A stretch of 45,811 bases of DNA from Gemmatimonadota bacterium. Its GTDB lineage: Bacteria > Gemmatimonadota > Gemmatimonadetes > Palauibacterales > KS3-K002. The notes under the pieces were generated by a model. The model saw only the letters and a list, made by a program, of their open reading frames with translations, was not told the DNA's origin and ran no database searches. A program made the position numbers and the translations under genes. The stretch spans positions 1 to 45,811 of the forward strand of contig JACQVD010000083.1 in assembly GCA_016209945.1 (NCBI GenBank). Direction: 5' to 3'. Below are positions 19,331-28,706 of the stretch, piece by piece. Position 1 is the stretch's first letter. Each line of letters opens with the position of its first letter.

Positions 19331-20170
19331 GTGACGCGCCTTCTCCATATCTCCGATCTGCACTTCGGTCCCCCCTTCCTTCCCGACGTGTCGGAGGGCG
19401 TCGTGAAGGCCGTCAGCCGGCTCGGGCCGGACGCGGTGGTCGCGACCGGGGACCTCACGCAGCGTGCGAAGCGGCATCAGTTCGCGGCCGCCGCGGAATT
19501 CCTGCGCACGCTCGAGGTCCCCGTCGTCGTGACGCCCGGGAACCACGACGTCCCGCTCTACCGGGTCTGGGAGCGGTTCGCGGGACCGTACCGTCTGTAT
19601 CGCGCGCATGTGAGCCCGGAGCTCGATAGCGTCTGCCGGCTCCCGGGAGCGGTGATCGTGGCGTTGAATTCGACGCGCAGGTTCACGTTCACGAACGGCC
19701 GGATCCGCCGCTGGCAGCTGCGATTTGCGGACGACGCCTTTCGCACGGCGCCGCCGCGCGCCGCGCGCGTCGTGGCGACGCACCACCACTTCGCGCCGCC
19801 CCCGGACTTCGAGGGCGGGAACGTCATGCCGGGGGCGAAACGCGCGTTGCGGGCGTTCAAGGCGTGCGGCGTCGAGCTCGTCCTCGCCGGGCACATGCAC
19901 CGCTCGTACATCGGGAGCTCGCTCGACTTCTTCCCCGGAGAGGGGGATAGCCGCGGGATCGTGGTGGTGCAGTGCGGAACCACGACGTCCAGTCGGGGCC
20001 GGGGCCGCGAGCGCTTCCGCAACACGCTCAACGTGATCGACATCGACTCGGACAGGCTTCGCATCGTTCACTGCCTCTGGTCCCCGTCGTCGTCGTCGTT
20101 TGTCCCCGTGAGCGAGCATGTTTTTCCGCGCGGGGACAGGCTGTATCTTGAGCCCTCCGAACCATCCTGA
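19331..20170 (+). CDS. Metallophosphoesterase (calcineurin-like phosphoesterase family)
   Basis: LLHISDLHFG; ATGDLT; VTPGNHD; HHH..P; LAGHMH. This is the canonical D-x-H / GD / GNH(D/E) / H / GH motif series. Confidence 0.85.
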   Translation: MTRLLHISDLHFGPPFLPDVSEGVVKAVSRLGPDAVVATGDLTQRAKRHQFAAAAEFLRTLEVPVVVTPGNHDVPLYRVWERFAGPYRLYRAHVSPELDSVCRLPGAVIVALNSTRRFTFTNGRIRRWQLRFADDAFRTAPPRAARVVATHHHFAPPPDFEGGNVMPGAKRALRAFKACGVELVLAGHMHRSYIGSSLDFFPGEGDSRGIVVVQCGTTTSSRGRGRERFRNTLNVIDIDSDRLRIVHCLWSPSSSSFVPVSEHVFPRGDRLYLEPSEPS

Positions 20171-20175
20171 GAATC

Positions 20176-22437
20176 GTGAGTCTGCGGGTTCTGCGGCGAT
20201 GGGCCCCGCGGTGGGCCGTCGGAGCCGCGGCCGTGTGCGCCGCGGGGCCGACGATGGCGTCGTCCGCCCTTGCCCAGGAGGAGGAGTCCGTGGTCGCCCG
20301 GGTGGAGATCACGGGGAACTCGGCCTTCAAGAGCGAGGAGATCCGACGCGCGATCGCCACCGAGCCGAGCCGCTGCAAGTCCCTGCTCGCTGCTCCGCTC
20401 TGCGCGCTCGGGTTTGACGCCTTCCGCGACCAGCGGGCCTTCGATCCCGACGAAGTCCAGCTCGATGTCGCGCGGATCAAGCTCTTCTACTGGCGGCGCG
20501 GCTACCGCGAGGCTCAGGTGGATGCGCAGGTTCGCCGGCGCGATCACGATGCGGGGGTCACCTTCGAGATTCGGGAAGGCGAGCCGGTGCGCGTCCGTGG
20601 CTTCGGCATCGCCGGGCTCGGCGGGATCGTGCGGGACACGGCGGGGCTGCGCCGCCGGCTTTCGCTGCGGGTCGGCGAGCCGTTCAGCGTGGTCGCCGTC
20701 GAAGCGAGCCGGAACCAGATCGAGCAGTTGCTCCGGAACCGGGGCTACGCCCACGCACGGGTGCTCCTGGACGCGCTCATCCCCCGGGAGGATCCACGCT
20801 CCGCAGACGTGATGTTCCAAGTCGAGCCCGGGCCCCTGAGCCGCATCGGACAGATTCGCGTGGTGGGCGGCGAGGAGGTGGAGCCCCGCGTCGTGCGGCG
20901 GCTCCTCACGTTCCGGCAGGGCGAGCTTTACCGCGAGAACGAGATCTACCAGAGCCAGCGCCGCCTGTACGCCGTCGAGCTTTTCCAGTACGCCGACGTG
21001 GTTCCGCAGCTGGAGCGGAAAGACTCGATCGTGGACGTGACCGTCCGCGTCAGCGAGGCGCGGGTGCGCGCGGTGCGGGAAGGCGTCGGTGTCAGCACGA
21101 GCGACTGCGTCCAGGTGGAGGCGGCCTGGGCCCACAGGAACTTCCTGGGTGGCGCGCGTCGCCTGGAGGTCAGTTCGGGACTCTCGAACCTCCTGACGCC
21201 GTCCCTCGCCGGGCGGTTCCCCTGTAGCCAGGCGGGCGACACGCTCAATCGTTCGAGCCCGTTCAACAAGATGAACTGGATCGCGCGGGTCGGGTTCCAA
21301 GAGCCGTGGTTCTTCTCGTCCCGGAACTCGCTACGCCTGGGGGTGTTCGCTCAGCGGCAGAGTCTCCCCCTCATCTACGCCCGGGTGACCTACGGCGGGG
21401 ACGTGGCACTCGAGCGGCAGATCGGATCGCGCACGCCGCTCGTGCTGGCGTACCGGACGGAGCGCGACTCCCTGGACGCAGGGAGCGCGAGCGTCTTTTT
21501 CTGCGCCAACTTCGGGTTCTGCCTTCCGCAGGATCTGCGGGAGCTCGCGCAGCCGAGATGGCTCTCCTGGATCTCGATCGGGATCACCCGCGACCGCACC
21601 GACGCGATCTTCAATCCCACCCGCGGGTACGTCGCGCGTGTGGAGGTGGAGCACGCCTCGCGGTTCACCCACTCGGACTACGCGTACTCGCGCGCCTGGG
21701 CCGACGTGAGCGCGTTCAAGTCGGTGGGCGGCAGTGTGCTGGCGTTCCGTGCGCGGCCGGGTTGGGTCGGGCCGATCGGCCGCGGGATCGAGTTCGACGG
21801 CCTGGAGGCCCCGGCTCCCGGTCCCGACGTTGTGCATCCGTTGAAGCGGTTCTACGCCGGCGGCGCGAACACGGTGCGGGGCTTCGGGCAGAACCTCTTG
21901 GGCCCCCTGGCGTTGCTCCTCCCGCAGTTGGACACGCTGGAACTCGGCTGCTCGCGCCAGACGATCGATACGGTCGCCGGGGTCTGGCGGGCGTGTGACG
22001 CGGGCCCGCTTCCCGCCGAGGCCTTCCAGCTCCGGCCCGTGGGGGGGATCGTGTCCCTCGTCGCGAACCTGGAGTTCCGCTTCCCGCTCTTTGGCCAGAA
22101 CTGGTCGGGCGCTGCCTTCGTGGACATCGGAGCCGTCTGGCGGGACGAGGAGGAGTTCGAGGCCGCGCTCCGCAGAGGGCTTTTACGCGACCTCGTCTGG
22201 ACCCCGGGATTCGGGATTCGGTATCGGAGCCCCGTCGGCCCCCTGCGGATGGACTTGGGGTACAACACGACGGGATCCCGAACGTTTCCCGTCGTGACGC
22301 AGGTGGATCTGCCCGCCGGCGCGCAGGTCGTGCAGTTGGAGCAGCTCTACCGATACGACCCCTTCAGCGACCCGAGCGCGTTCCGGGAGTTCCTGAACCG
22401 CTTGCAGATCCACTTCAGCCTCGGGCAGGCGTTCTGA
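20176..22437 (+). CDS. Omp85-superfamily outer membrane protein (BamA/TamA-like; POTRA repeats plus 16-strand barrel)
   Basis: There is a signal peptide ending ALAQEE. POTRA-like repeats follow (V..V.I.GN..F...EI......). The C-terminal barrel carries FYAGG.NTVRGF and ends in a terminal aromatic residue (..GQAF). The gene lies immediately upstream of the tamB-like gene. Confidence 0.85.
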   Translation: MSLRVLRRWAPRWAVGAAAVCAAGPTMASSALAQEEESVVARVEITGNSAFKSEEIRRAIATEPSRCKSLLAAPLCALGFDAFRDQRAFDPDEVQLDVARIKLFYWRRGYREAQVDAQVRRRDHDAGVTFEIREGEPVRVRGFGIAGLGGIVRDTAGLRRRLSLRVGEPFSVVAVEASRNQIEQLLRNRGYAHARVLLDALIPREDPRSADVMFQVEPGPLSRIGQIRVVGGEEVEPRVVRRLLTFRQGELYRENEIYQSQRRLYAVELFQYADVVPQLERKDSIVDVTVRVSEARVRAVREGVGVSTSDCVQVEAAWAHRNFLGGARRLEVSSGLSNLLTPSLAGRFPCSQAGDTLNRSSPFNKMNWIARVGFQEPWFFSSRNSLRLGVFAQRQSLPLIYARVTYGGDVALERQIGSRTPLVLAYRTERDSLDAGSASVFFCANFGFCLPQDLRELAQPRWLSWISIGITRDRTDAIFNPTRGYVARVEVEHASRFTHSDYAYSRAWADVSAFKSVGGSVLAFRARPGWVGPIGRGIEFDGLEAPAPGPDVVHPLKRFYAGGANTVRGFGQNLLGPLALLLPQLDTLELGCSRQTIDTVAGVWRACDAGPLPAEAFQLRPVGGIVSLVANLEFRFPLFGQNWSGAAFVDIGAVWRDEEEFEAALRRGLLRDLVWTPGFGIRYRSPVGPLRMDLGYNTTGSRTFPVVTQVDLPAGAQVVQLEQLYRYDPFSDPSAFREFLNRLQIHFSLGQAF

Positions 22438-22439
22438 CG

Positions 22440-25400
22440 ATGGGCTGGACGAAGCGTCTCGTCGGCATCCCTCTTGCGCTGGTGGCCGCGCTCGCAGCGC
22501 TGGCGAGTCTCGCCGTCTTTCTGCTCATCGGGACGTCGTGGGGACGCGACCGGATCCGCGACTTCGTAACCGCCAGAGTCCTGGCGCGACTGGCGGGGGA
22601 CGTGCGCTTCGCCGCCATCAGCGGCGGCGGCCTCTTCCGCGGGATCGAACTGGCGGACGTGACGATTCTGGATCCGGACAGCGGCCTCGTGCTACGCGCG
22701 GACACCGTTCGACTCGCCTACCACTGGCGCGACTTCCTGCGGGGGGATGTCGTCTTCGAACGCGCGCAGCTCGTTCGGCCGGTCATCGTCCTGGAGGAGG
22801 GCCGGGATGGGAGCTGGAACGTCGTGCGTGCGTTCGGCACGGGCTCCGCCGCGGCACGCCCGGCCAGCGCGGACATCCGAAAGCGTATCGAGATGCGCAA
22901 CGTGGAGTTGCGTGATGCGACGTTCACCCTGCGTTTCCCGCTGGACGGTGAGACCGGCTTCTGGCGGACGGAGACGGGGCCCGAGGGGCGCTGGCGCGTT
23001 CTCCGGGTCGTCGGATTCGACGCGACCCTACCGCTGCTGCGGCTTTCCTCTCGGGAACCGGGTCGGCCGATCCTAGTTCGCGTCTCCGGCCTCGCGGGTG
23101 ACCTCCAGCTTCAGGGCGATCCCGTGGCGGTTCTGGATGCGCACTTGGATCTGGAGATCGACGCCGACACGATTCGACTCGACATCGCCCGACTCCGTCT
23201 CCCCGGCTCCGAGGTGGTGGGCCGCGGCCGCATCCTCGCGACCGAGTCCGGCCCACGCTACGACTTCGATGTCAAAGGACAGCCCGCAGCCTTCGCGGAC
23301 GTGCGCTGGCTCATCCCGTGGCTGCCGCGGGAGGGGGGTGGCACGTTCGATCTTCACATGGCCACCGCGCCCGAGGGACTCGCCTTCACGTTTCGCGAGA
23401 TCGACGCCCGTGTCGGCGCGTCGCGCGTCACGGGCCGGCTGGGCCTCGTCTTGCCCGACCGGGGCGAGATCATGTATCGGGGCATGGACCTGCGCCTCGA
23501 TCCTCTGGAAACGCGCTGGATCGAGGCGATGACGGGCGACAGCGTGTTCTTCGACGGGCAACTGCGCGGTCGCTTCAGCGGTGACGGCCCCTTGAGCCAG
23601 ATGAAGATCGAGGCCGATCTCGCGCTGGAGCCCGTGAACGCGCCTGCCCCCTCCCACGTGCGTGCGTCCGGAATCCTCGCCTGGGACGGGAGCTTCGGCG
23701 GGAATCCGCTGCGCACGGCCCTCATGGGCGTGGAGGTGGATCTTGTGGAGGCGCTGCTGGGGAGCGACCTGCCGCTTCGCGGGCGGCTGACCGGGACGTT
23801 GAGCTTCACGGGCACCCTGAAGACCGGGCTCCGGCTGCGCGGGGAGCTGGTGCACTCCGACGCGCCGCTGCCGCCGTCACGGTTCCGGGGGGGTGGTGAG
23901 GTGATCGGGATCGAGAAGCCCCGGGTGGACATGGCGTTCGATGCGGATCCGCTCTCGCTCACGGCGATGGCCGCGTACTACACGAAGCTGCCGTTCCGGG
24001 GCGACGTCCGTGGCCTGGTGCGGCTCCGCGGGACCCTTGACGATCTGGATGTGGACGCCGGGGTGGAGACGCGGCGTGGCCGGCTCGGCCTGCGCGGCCG
24101 CTTCGACCTGAGCGGCGAGCCCAAGCGGTACAACGCCGACCTTGAGGGCGACGATGTTCAGGTCGCAGCCCCCCGGGTCGCGTCGCCCCCTTCCGAGCTC
24201 GACTTCCGGGCACACGTGGAGGGCGCCGGGCTCGAGCCCGAGGAGCTGGAACTCAGGGGCTGGGTAGAGGTGAGGGCCTCGGAGTTCGCGGGCGCGCGGA
24301 TCGACGGGGGGTTCGCGCGCCTTGCCGCGCACGACGGGGTTCTCCTCGTGGATTCCGCGGCGATCGTTTCGGAGGTTGGCGCGCTGCGGCTGGCCGGGAG
24401 CTTCGGATTGCGGGGCGACCGCCGGGGGACGCTCACCTTCGATCTTCGGGCCGATACCCTCGCAACGTGGAATCGCTGGCTCCTGCCGCCCGATAGCCTG
24501 CGGCCGCCGGAGACGCCCGGCGCGGACGGCGGCCTGGCCCTCCTCGGGGCCGAGCCGCTCGCACCCGGTGAGACGGGACCTATCCGGGGCTCGCTGGTGG
24601 CATCCGGCTCGATCAGCGGGAATCTCCAAGTGCTGTCGCTGGGGGCGAGCGGCCGTCTCGAAGATGTCCGCTGGAGGGACCACGCCGCCGCAGACCTCGC
24701 GTTCACGCTCTCCGCGGAGGGGCCCCGAGACTCGCTGCGGATCGAAGGGCACTTCGAGGGCCGGGAGGTAAAGGCGTTCGGGTTCGAGCTCACAGGCGTT
24801 CGGATCGACGCCGACGTCGCGGGGGATACGGCGCGCGTAGAGGGTGAGCTGCGCAAGGGGCCGGAGGCCCGGGTGGCTGCGGACCTGGAGATCGTCCGGG
24901 TGCCTCAGGGCACCGAGCTCACGCTGCGGGCGTTTCAGGCGATGTTGCGCGGCGGCGCGCTGGGGCTCGCGGCCCCTGTGCGGGCGGTGCGGCGCGGCCG
25001 GACCTTGTCGGTCGAGCCGCTGCGGATCACAGGCCCGGCGGGCTCCGTCGTGGCGCAGGTCAGAATCCCCGACTCGGGGGTTGCGGTGGGGAACGTGGAG
25101 GTGCGGGGCTTCGACCTCGCGGACCTGGTGGTGATGCTTCCCACGTGGGGGGACGCCCGGGGCGCCCTTCAGATGGATCTTCATCTCGCGGGATCCAACA
25201 CGGCCCCTCTGGTGAACGTGGAGGTGCAGATCGTGGACGGTGCCTTGCGCGGCGTCCCGTTCTCGCGCCTCTCCGGGCGCGGGCGTTACGAGGCCGGTGC
25301 CTTGGCACTCGACATCTTCGCATGGCGCGGTGCCTCGAGGCTGCTGGAGATCTCGGGGAGCGTCCCCGCGACGCTCGACCTCGGCGCGCTCGCGCTCCGG

Positions 25401-26840
25401 GGCACGGAGCGGCCGGTCGAGGTCCGGGTGCGCGCCGACAGTTTCCCCCTGCGCTTCGCGCTTGCCAAGTTCGAGCAGTTCCGCGATGTGGAGGGCGTTC
25501 TGCGCGGCGAAGTCGTCGTCCGCGGGACGGTCAAGAGCCCCGACCTCGACGGCCACCTGGAGCTCAGGGGCGGCGCGTCTCGGCTCCACCGCGTCGGGGC
25601 CTCGTACTCCGGGATCCAAGGCAGGGTGCAGTTCCGGGGAACGACGGCTGAGCTGGACGGCGTGGAGTTCCGGGGGCCGGAGCGGGGGCGGGGCCGTGCC
25701 GAAGGATCCCTGCGCCTGAAGCCGCTCAACGACCCGGAGTTCGACCTGCGGTTCACGGCCAGCGATCTGCTGGCGTACAACACGCGGCTCGCCCGCGTCG
25801 TGGTGACCGGGGTCATCGACCTCCGAGGCTCCTACACGCATCCGATCGTCACAGGTGACCTCACGGTCGAGAGCGGTGCGCTGTTCGTGCGCGAGGTCGA
25901 GCGGCAGCGACAGATCATTGACCTCGCGGACCCGGCCTTCTTCAACGTGGTGGATACGACGCTGGCGGAGCACCGCCGGCTGCTCCCGCTCGTTCGGGAT
26001 CCCTTCTTCCAGAACATGAACGCAGAGCTCACCCTGCGTCTGACTCGGGACAGCTGGCTGCGCGCGCCGGACCGGTCGATCGAGATCGCCGGGGATCTCC
26101 GGCTGCGCTGGGACCGGGCGAGACAGGATCTCCGGATGTCGGGGACCCTGGAGGCGCTGCGTGGAGAGTACAGGTACGTGGGGAAGCGATTCACCGTGGA
26201 GGGCGGGACGGTCGAGTTTCCGGGGACGCCGGGGGTCAACCCGGATCTCAACCTCGTCGCCCAGCACAAGGTCGAGACCCCCCGGCGGCCGCTGACGATC
26301 CGGATCTTCGTCACCGGGACGCTGGAGAGCCCGCGGATCCGACTCACGAGCGACGCGCAACCGCCCATCGATGAGGCGGGCCTCCTGAGCTACCTCCTGT
26401 TCGGCCGGCCGTTCTCGGAGCTCACCCGGGGGCCCGGTGTCGTGTCGGCGGTGGGCGAGAGCGTCTTCGGGTTTGCGGCAACCCAACTCGAATCGTTCGT
26501 GGTCGGCGAGACCGGGATTGTGGACTACCTCGACATCACGGCCGCGCGCGGCAGGGGTGACCCGACGTACCGCACCGAGGAAAACGGGTTCAACCCGTGG
26601 ACGCGCGTCGAGGCCGGCTGGTACCTGCTCCCTGACGTGTTCGTGACGGTCGGTCAGCGGTTCGGCGGCCCCCAGCGATCGGAGGTCCCGGACGTCCGGC
26701 TGGACTGGCTCATCACGCGAAACCTCTCCTTCCAATTCGTGGCGGAGGAACGCGGCGCGCGCACCGGGGCGATCGTTCTGGAGAGCGCGGCCCCGGAGCG
26801 CACGTTCGGGCTCTTCTTCTTCCACGAGTGGAGCTATTAG
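22440..26840 (+). CDS. tamB: Translocation and assembly module protein TamB-like (1466 aa)
   Basis: N-terminal membrane anchor (LVGIPLALVAALAALASLAVFLLIG), then a very long beta-rich repetitive body. The C-terminal DUF490-like region reads PDLNLVAQHKV..TGTLESPRIRLTSDAQPP.DEAGLLSYLLFGRP. It starts 2 nt after the Omp85 gene. Confidence 0.85.
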   Translation: MGWTKRLVGIPLALVAALAALASLAVFLLIGTSWGRDRIRDFVTARVLARLAGDVRFAAISGGGLFRGIELADVTILDPDSGLVLRADTVRLAYHWRDFLRGDVVFERAQLVRPVIVLEEGRDGSWNVVRAFGTGSAAARPASADIRKRIEMRNVELRDATFTLRFPLDGETGFWRTETGPEGRWRVLRVVGFDATLPLLRLSSREPGRPILVRVSGLAGDLQLQGDPVAVLDAHLDLEIDADTIRLDIARLRLPGSEVVGRGRILATESGPRYDFDVKGQPAAFADVRWLIPWLPREGGGTFDLHMATAPEGLAFTFREIDARVGASRVTGRLGLVLPDRGEIMYRGMDLRLDPLETRWIEAMTGDSVFFDGQLRGRFSGDGPLSQMKIEADLALEPVNAPAPSHVRASGILAWDGSFGGNPLRTALMGVEVDLVEALLGSDLPLRGRLTGTLSFTGTLKTGLRLRGELVHSDAPLPPSRFRGGGEVIGIEKPRVDMAFDADPLSLTAMAAYYTKLPFRGDVRGLVRLRGTLDDLDVDAGVETRRGRLGLRGRFDLSGEPKRYNADLEGDDVQVAAPRVASPPSELDFRAHVEGAGLEPEELELRGWVEVRASEFAGARIDGGFARLAAHDGVLLVDSAAIVSEVGALRLAGSFGLRGDRRGTLTFDLRADTLATWNRWLLPPDSLRPPETPGADGGLALLGAEPLAPGETGPIRGSLVASGSISGNLQVLSLGASGRLEDVRWRDHAAADLAFTLSAEGPRDSLRIEGHFEGREVKAFGFELTGVRIDADVAGDTARVEGELRKGPEARVAADLEIVRVPQGTELTLRAFQAMLRGGALGLAAPVRAVRRGRTLSVEPLRITGPAGSVVAQVRIPDSGVAVGNVEVRGFDLADLVVMLPTWGDARGALQMDLHLAGSNTAPLVNVEVQIVDGALRGVPFSRLSGRGRYEAGALALDIFAWRGASRLLEISGSVPATLDLGALALRGTERPVEVRVRADSFPLRFALAKFEQFRDVEGVLRGEVVVRGTVKSPDLDGHLELRGGASRLHRVGASYSGIQGRVQFRGTTAELDGVEFRGPERGRGRAEGSLRLKPLNDPEFDLRFTASDLLAYNTRLARVVVTGVIDLRGSYTHPIVTGDLTVESGALFVREVERQRQIIDLADPAFFNVVDTTLAEHRRLLPLVRDPFFQNMNAELTLRLTRDSWLRAPDRSIEIAGDLRLRWDRARQDLRMSGTLEALRGEYRYVGKRFTVEGGTVEFPGTPGVNPDLNLVAQHKVETPRRPLTIRIFVTGTLESPRIRLTSDAQPPIDEAGLLSYLLFGRPFSELTRGPGVVSAVGESVFGFAATQLESFVVGETGIVDYLDITAARGRGDPTYRTEENGFNPWTRVEAGWYLLPDVFVTVGQRFGGPQRSEVPDVRLDWLITRNLSFQFVAEERGARTGAIVLESAAPERTFGLFFFHEWSY

Positions 26841-26860
26841 AATTGGTGCGGGGTAGAATT
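26838..26860 (+). promoter_or_regulatory. Direct repeat of TAGAATT (two -10-like TAGAAT hexamers 16 nt apart) upstream of htpX
   Basis: TAGAATT occurs at 26838-26844 and 26854-26860, in an unusually AT-rich spacer. No convincing -35 element was found. Confidence 0.25.
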
Positions 26861-26887
26861 TCTGGACTTGCAGGAACCGGGGGAGCT

Positions 26888-27721
26888 ATGACGCACGCGA
26901 AGCTGTTCTTCCTGATGGCGCTTCTGACGGCGCTCATCGTCGCCGTCGGCGGCCTTCTCGGCGGCAGCCAGATGATGCTGGTTGCCCTGGTCTTCGCCGC
27001 CCTCATGAACTTCGGGATCTACTGGTACAGCGACAAAGCCGTCCTCCGCATGTACCGGGCCCAGGCGGTGACGCGGGAGCAGGCCCCGGAGCTGTACGAG
27101 ATGGTGGATCGGTTGCGCCGACGGGCCGGCCTCCCCATGCCGACGGTCGCCGTAGCACCTTCGGATCAGCCGAACGCGTTCGCCACCGGCCGGAGCCCCG
27201 ACCGTGCCGTCGTGTGCTTCACGCGCGGGATCCTGAACCGCGTCCCCCGGGAAGAGCTGGAAGGCGTCACCGCGCACGAGCTCGCCCACATCAAGAACCG
27301 GGACATGCTCATCGGGACGACGGCGGCCACCATGGCGGGCGCCATCACGTTGCTGTCGCGGCTCGTGTGGTTCATCCCCCTCGGCGGGCACGAGCGCGAT
27401 CGCAGCCCGCTCGCCGGCATCGCGCTTCTCATCGTGGCTCCGCTGGCGGCCCTCCTCGTCCACATGGCGGTGAGCCGGACAATGGAGTATCGGGCGGATC
27501 GCGTGGGCGCCGAGATCTCTGGGAATCCGCTGGGGCTGGCGGGAGCGCTGGGACGTCTCGAGGCGTACGCGAAGAGGATCCCCATGGAGGTGAACCCCGC
27601 GGCGGCGCACCTCTGCATCGTCCATCCTCTGCGAGGCGGAGGCCTGGTCGCGCTCTTCCGTACGCACCCGCCCACGGAGGAGCGGGTGCGAAGGCTCGAG
27701 GCGATGGCGCGCCGTCGCTAG
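26888..27721 (+). CDS. htpX: Zinc metalloprotease HtpX (M48 family)
   Basis: MTHAKLFFLMALLTAL.. with two N-terminal TM segments; PNAFATG; HELAHIKNRD (HExxH); EY.AD. ATG 26888 is preferred over the track start at 26828, which overlaps tamB. Confidence 0.9.
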   Translation: MTHAKLFFLMALLTALIVAVGGLLGGSQMMLVALVFAALMNFGIYWYSDKAVLRMYRAQAVTREQAPELYEMVDRLRRRAGLPMPTVAVAPSDQPNAFATGRSPDRAVVCFTRGILNRVPREELEGVTAHELAHIKNRDMLIGTTAATMAGAITLLSRLVWFIPLGGHERDRSPLAGIALLIVAPLAALLVHMAVSRTMEYRADRVGAEISGNPLGLAGALGRLEAYAKRIPMEVNPAAAHLCIVHPLRGGGLVALFRTHPPTEERVRRLEAMARRR

Positions 27722-27745
27722 TCTGCAACCTCCTCATCGAATCCC

Positions 27746-28672
27746 ATGACGTCGGCGCGGGCCGACGTCCTCGTCATCCACAATCCTGCGGCGGGCGCCC
27801 GGGATCCCGAGCGTCTGCGGGCCCGGATCGCCGCAGAGTTCGCCCGGCTTGGGGTGCGGGTCGAGTGGCAGGAGACGCGTGCGCCCGGGGGGGCCCGCGA
27901 GCTGGCGAAGCGCGCCCGGAGCGAGGGGATCCTCCGGGTCGTCGTCGCGGGCGGCGACGGTACGATCGCGGAGGCGGCGGCAGAGCTCCTCGAGGCCCGC
28001 ACGATCCTCGGCATCCTTCCCGTGGGGAGCGGGAACCAGCTCGCCCATTACCTCGGCCTGCCGCGTGCTCTGGGCGCGGCCATCGCCACAGCGCTCGGGG
28101 AGGCGGTTCGGGTCATTGATGTCGGCCTGATCGACGGGCGGGCGTTCGCAGGGTTGGCCGGTGCGGGCCTCGATGCCGGGATCATAGAACTGGCGAGCCG
28201 CGAGGCGAAGCGGAGGGCGGGCGGCGTGGCCTATCTCATCTCCGGCATCCGTGCAGGCCTGGCCCCGCGTCGCGCGCGCCTGAGGGTGCGCGTGGACGAC
28301 GTCGAGTGGGAGGGCGTGGGCTTCGGCGCCATGGTGGGGAACATCCCGCGTCTCCGGATCCCCCTGGGCTGGCGGAGCCTCGAGGTGTTTCCGGGCGGGA
28401 GCGCTGAGGATGGGCTTTTGGACTGCTGCGTTCTAGGGATGAAGAGCCGCGCCGCGCTCGCGAGAGCTCTCCTCAGGGCCTTCCTGCGACCCGGCCGCGG
28501 AGCCGGTGGCGTGCGCTACTTTCGCGGCCGCAGCGTGGAAGTGAGCGCGGAGCCGGCGCTCCCGGCACAGGCGGACGGGGAGCTCATCGGCACGACCCCC
28601 TTTCGAGCCACGGTCCGTCCCGCCGTGCTGAGGGTCGCAGCCCCGGCCCTGCGGCGCCCAGGCCGTGATTGA
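27746..28672 (+). CDS. Diacylglycerol kinase catalytic-domain lipid kinase (YegS/BmrU family)
   Basis: VIHNP.AG......; [12 protein letters not shown]; [11 protein letters not shown]; ADGE at the C-terminus. Confidence 0.85.
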   Translation: MTSARADVLVIHNPAAGARDPERLRARIAAEFARLGVRVEWQETRAPGGARELAKRARSEGILRVVVAGGDGTIAEAAAELLEARTILGILPVGSGNQLAHYLGLPRALGAAIATALGEAVRVIDVGLIDGRAFAGLAGAGLDAGIIELASREAKRRAGGVAYLISGIRAGLAPRRARLRVRVDDVEWEGVGFGAMVGNIPRLRIPLGWRSLEVFPGGSAEDGLLDCCVLGMKSRAALARALLRAFLRPGRGAGGVRYFRGRSVEVSAEPALPAQADGELIGTTPFRATVRPAVLRVAAPALRRPGRD

Positions 28673-28706
28673 CTCTCGGCCCCCGAAAGAAATAAGGTAA
28701 AAGACT

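Noticed and set aside
23877-26825. A 982-aa ORF on the minus strand opposite tamB. Similar long antisense ORFs occur at 28584-31469, 13663-15312, 37673-39514 and 9068-10519.
   Set aside because: These are typical high-GC shadow ORFs. They mirror well-supported + strand genes with clear family motifs. Their translations are low-complexity Arg/Pro/Gly/Ala-rich strings with no recognisable domains.
28673-28706. An AT-rich spacer before uvrA, examined for an SOS (LexA) box.
   Set aside because: Neither a CTGT-N8-ACAG nor a GAAC-N4-GTTC type palindrome is present. The spacer is only 34 nt and probably just carries the ribosome-binding region.
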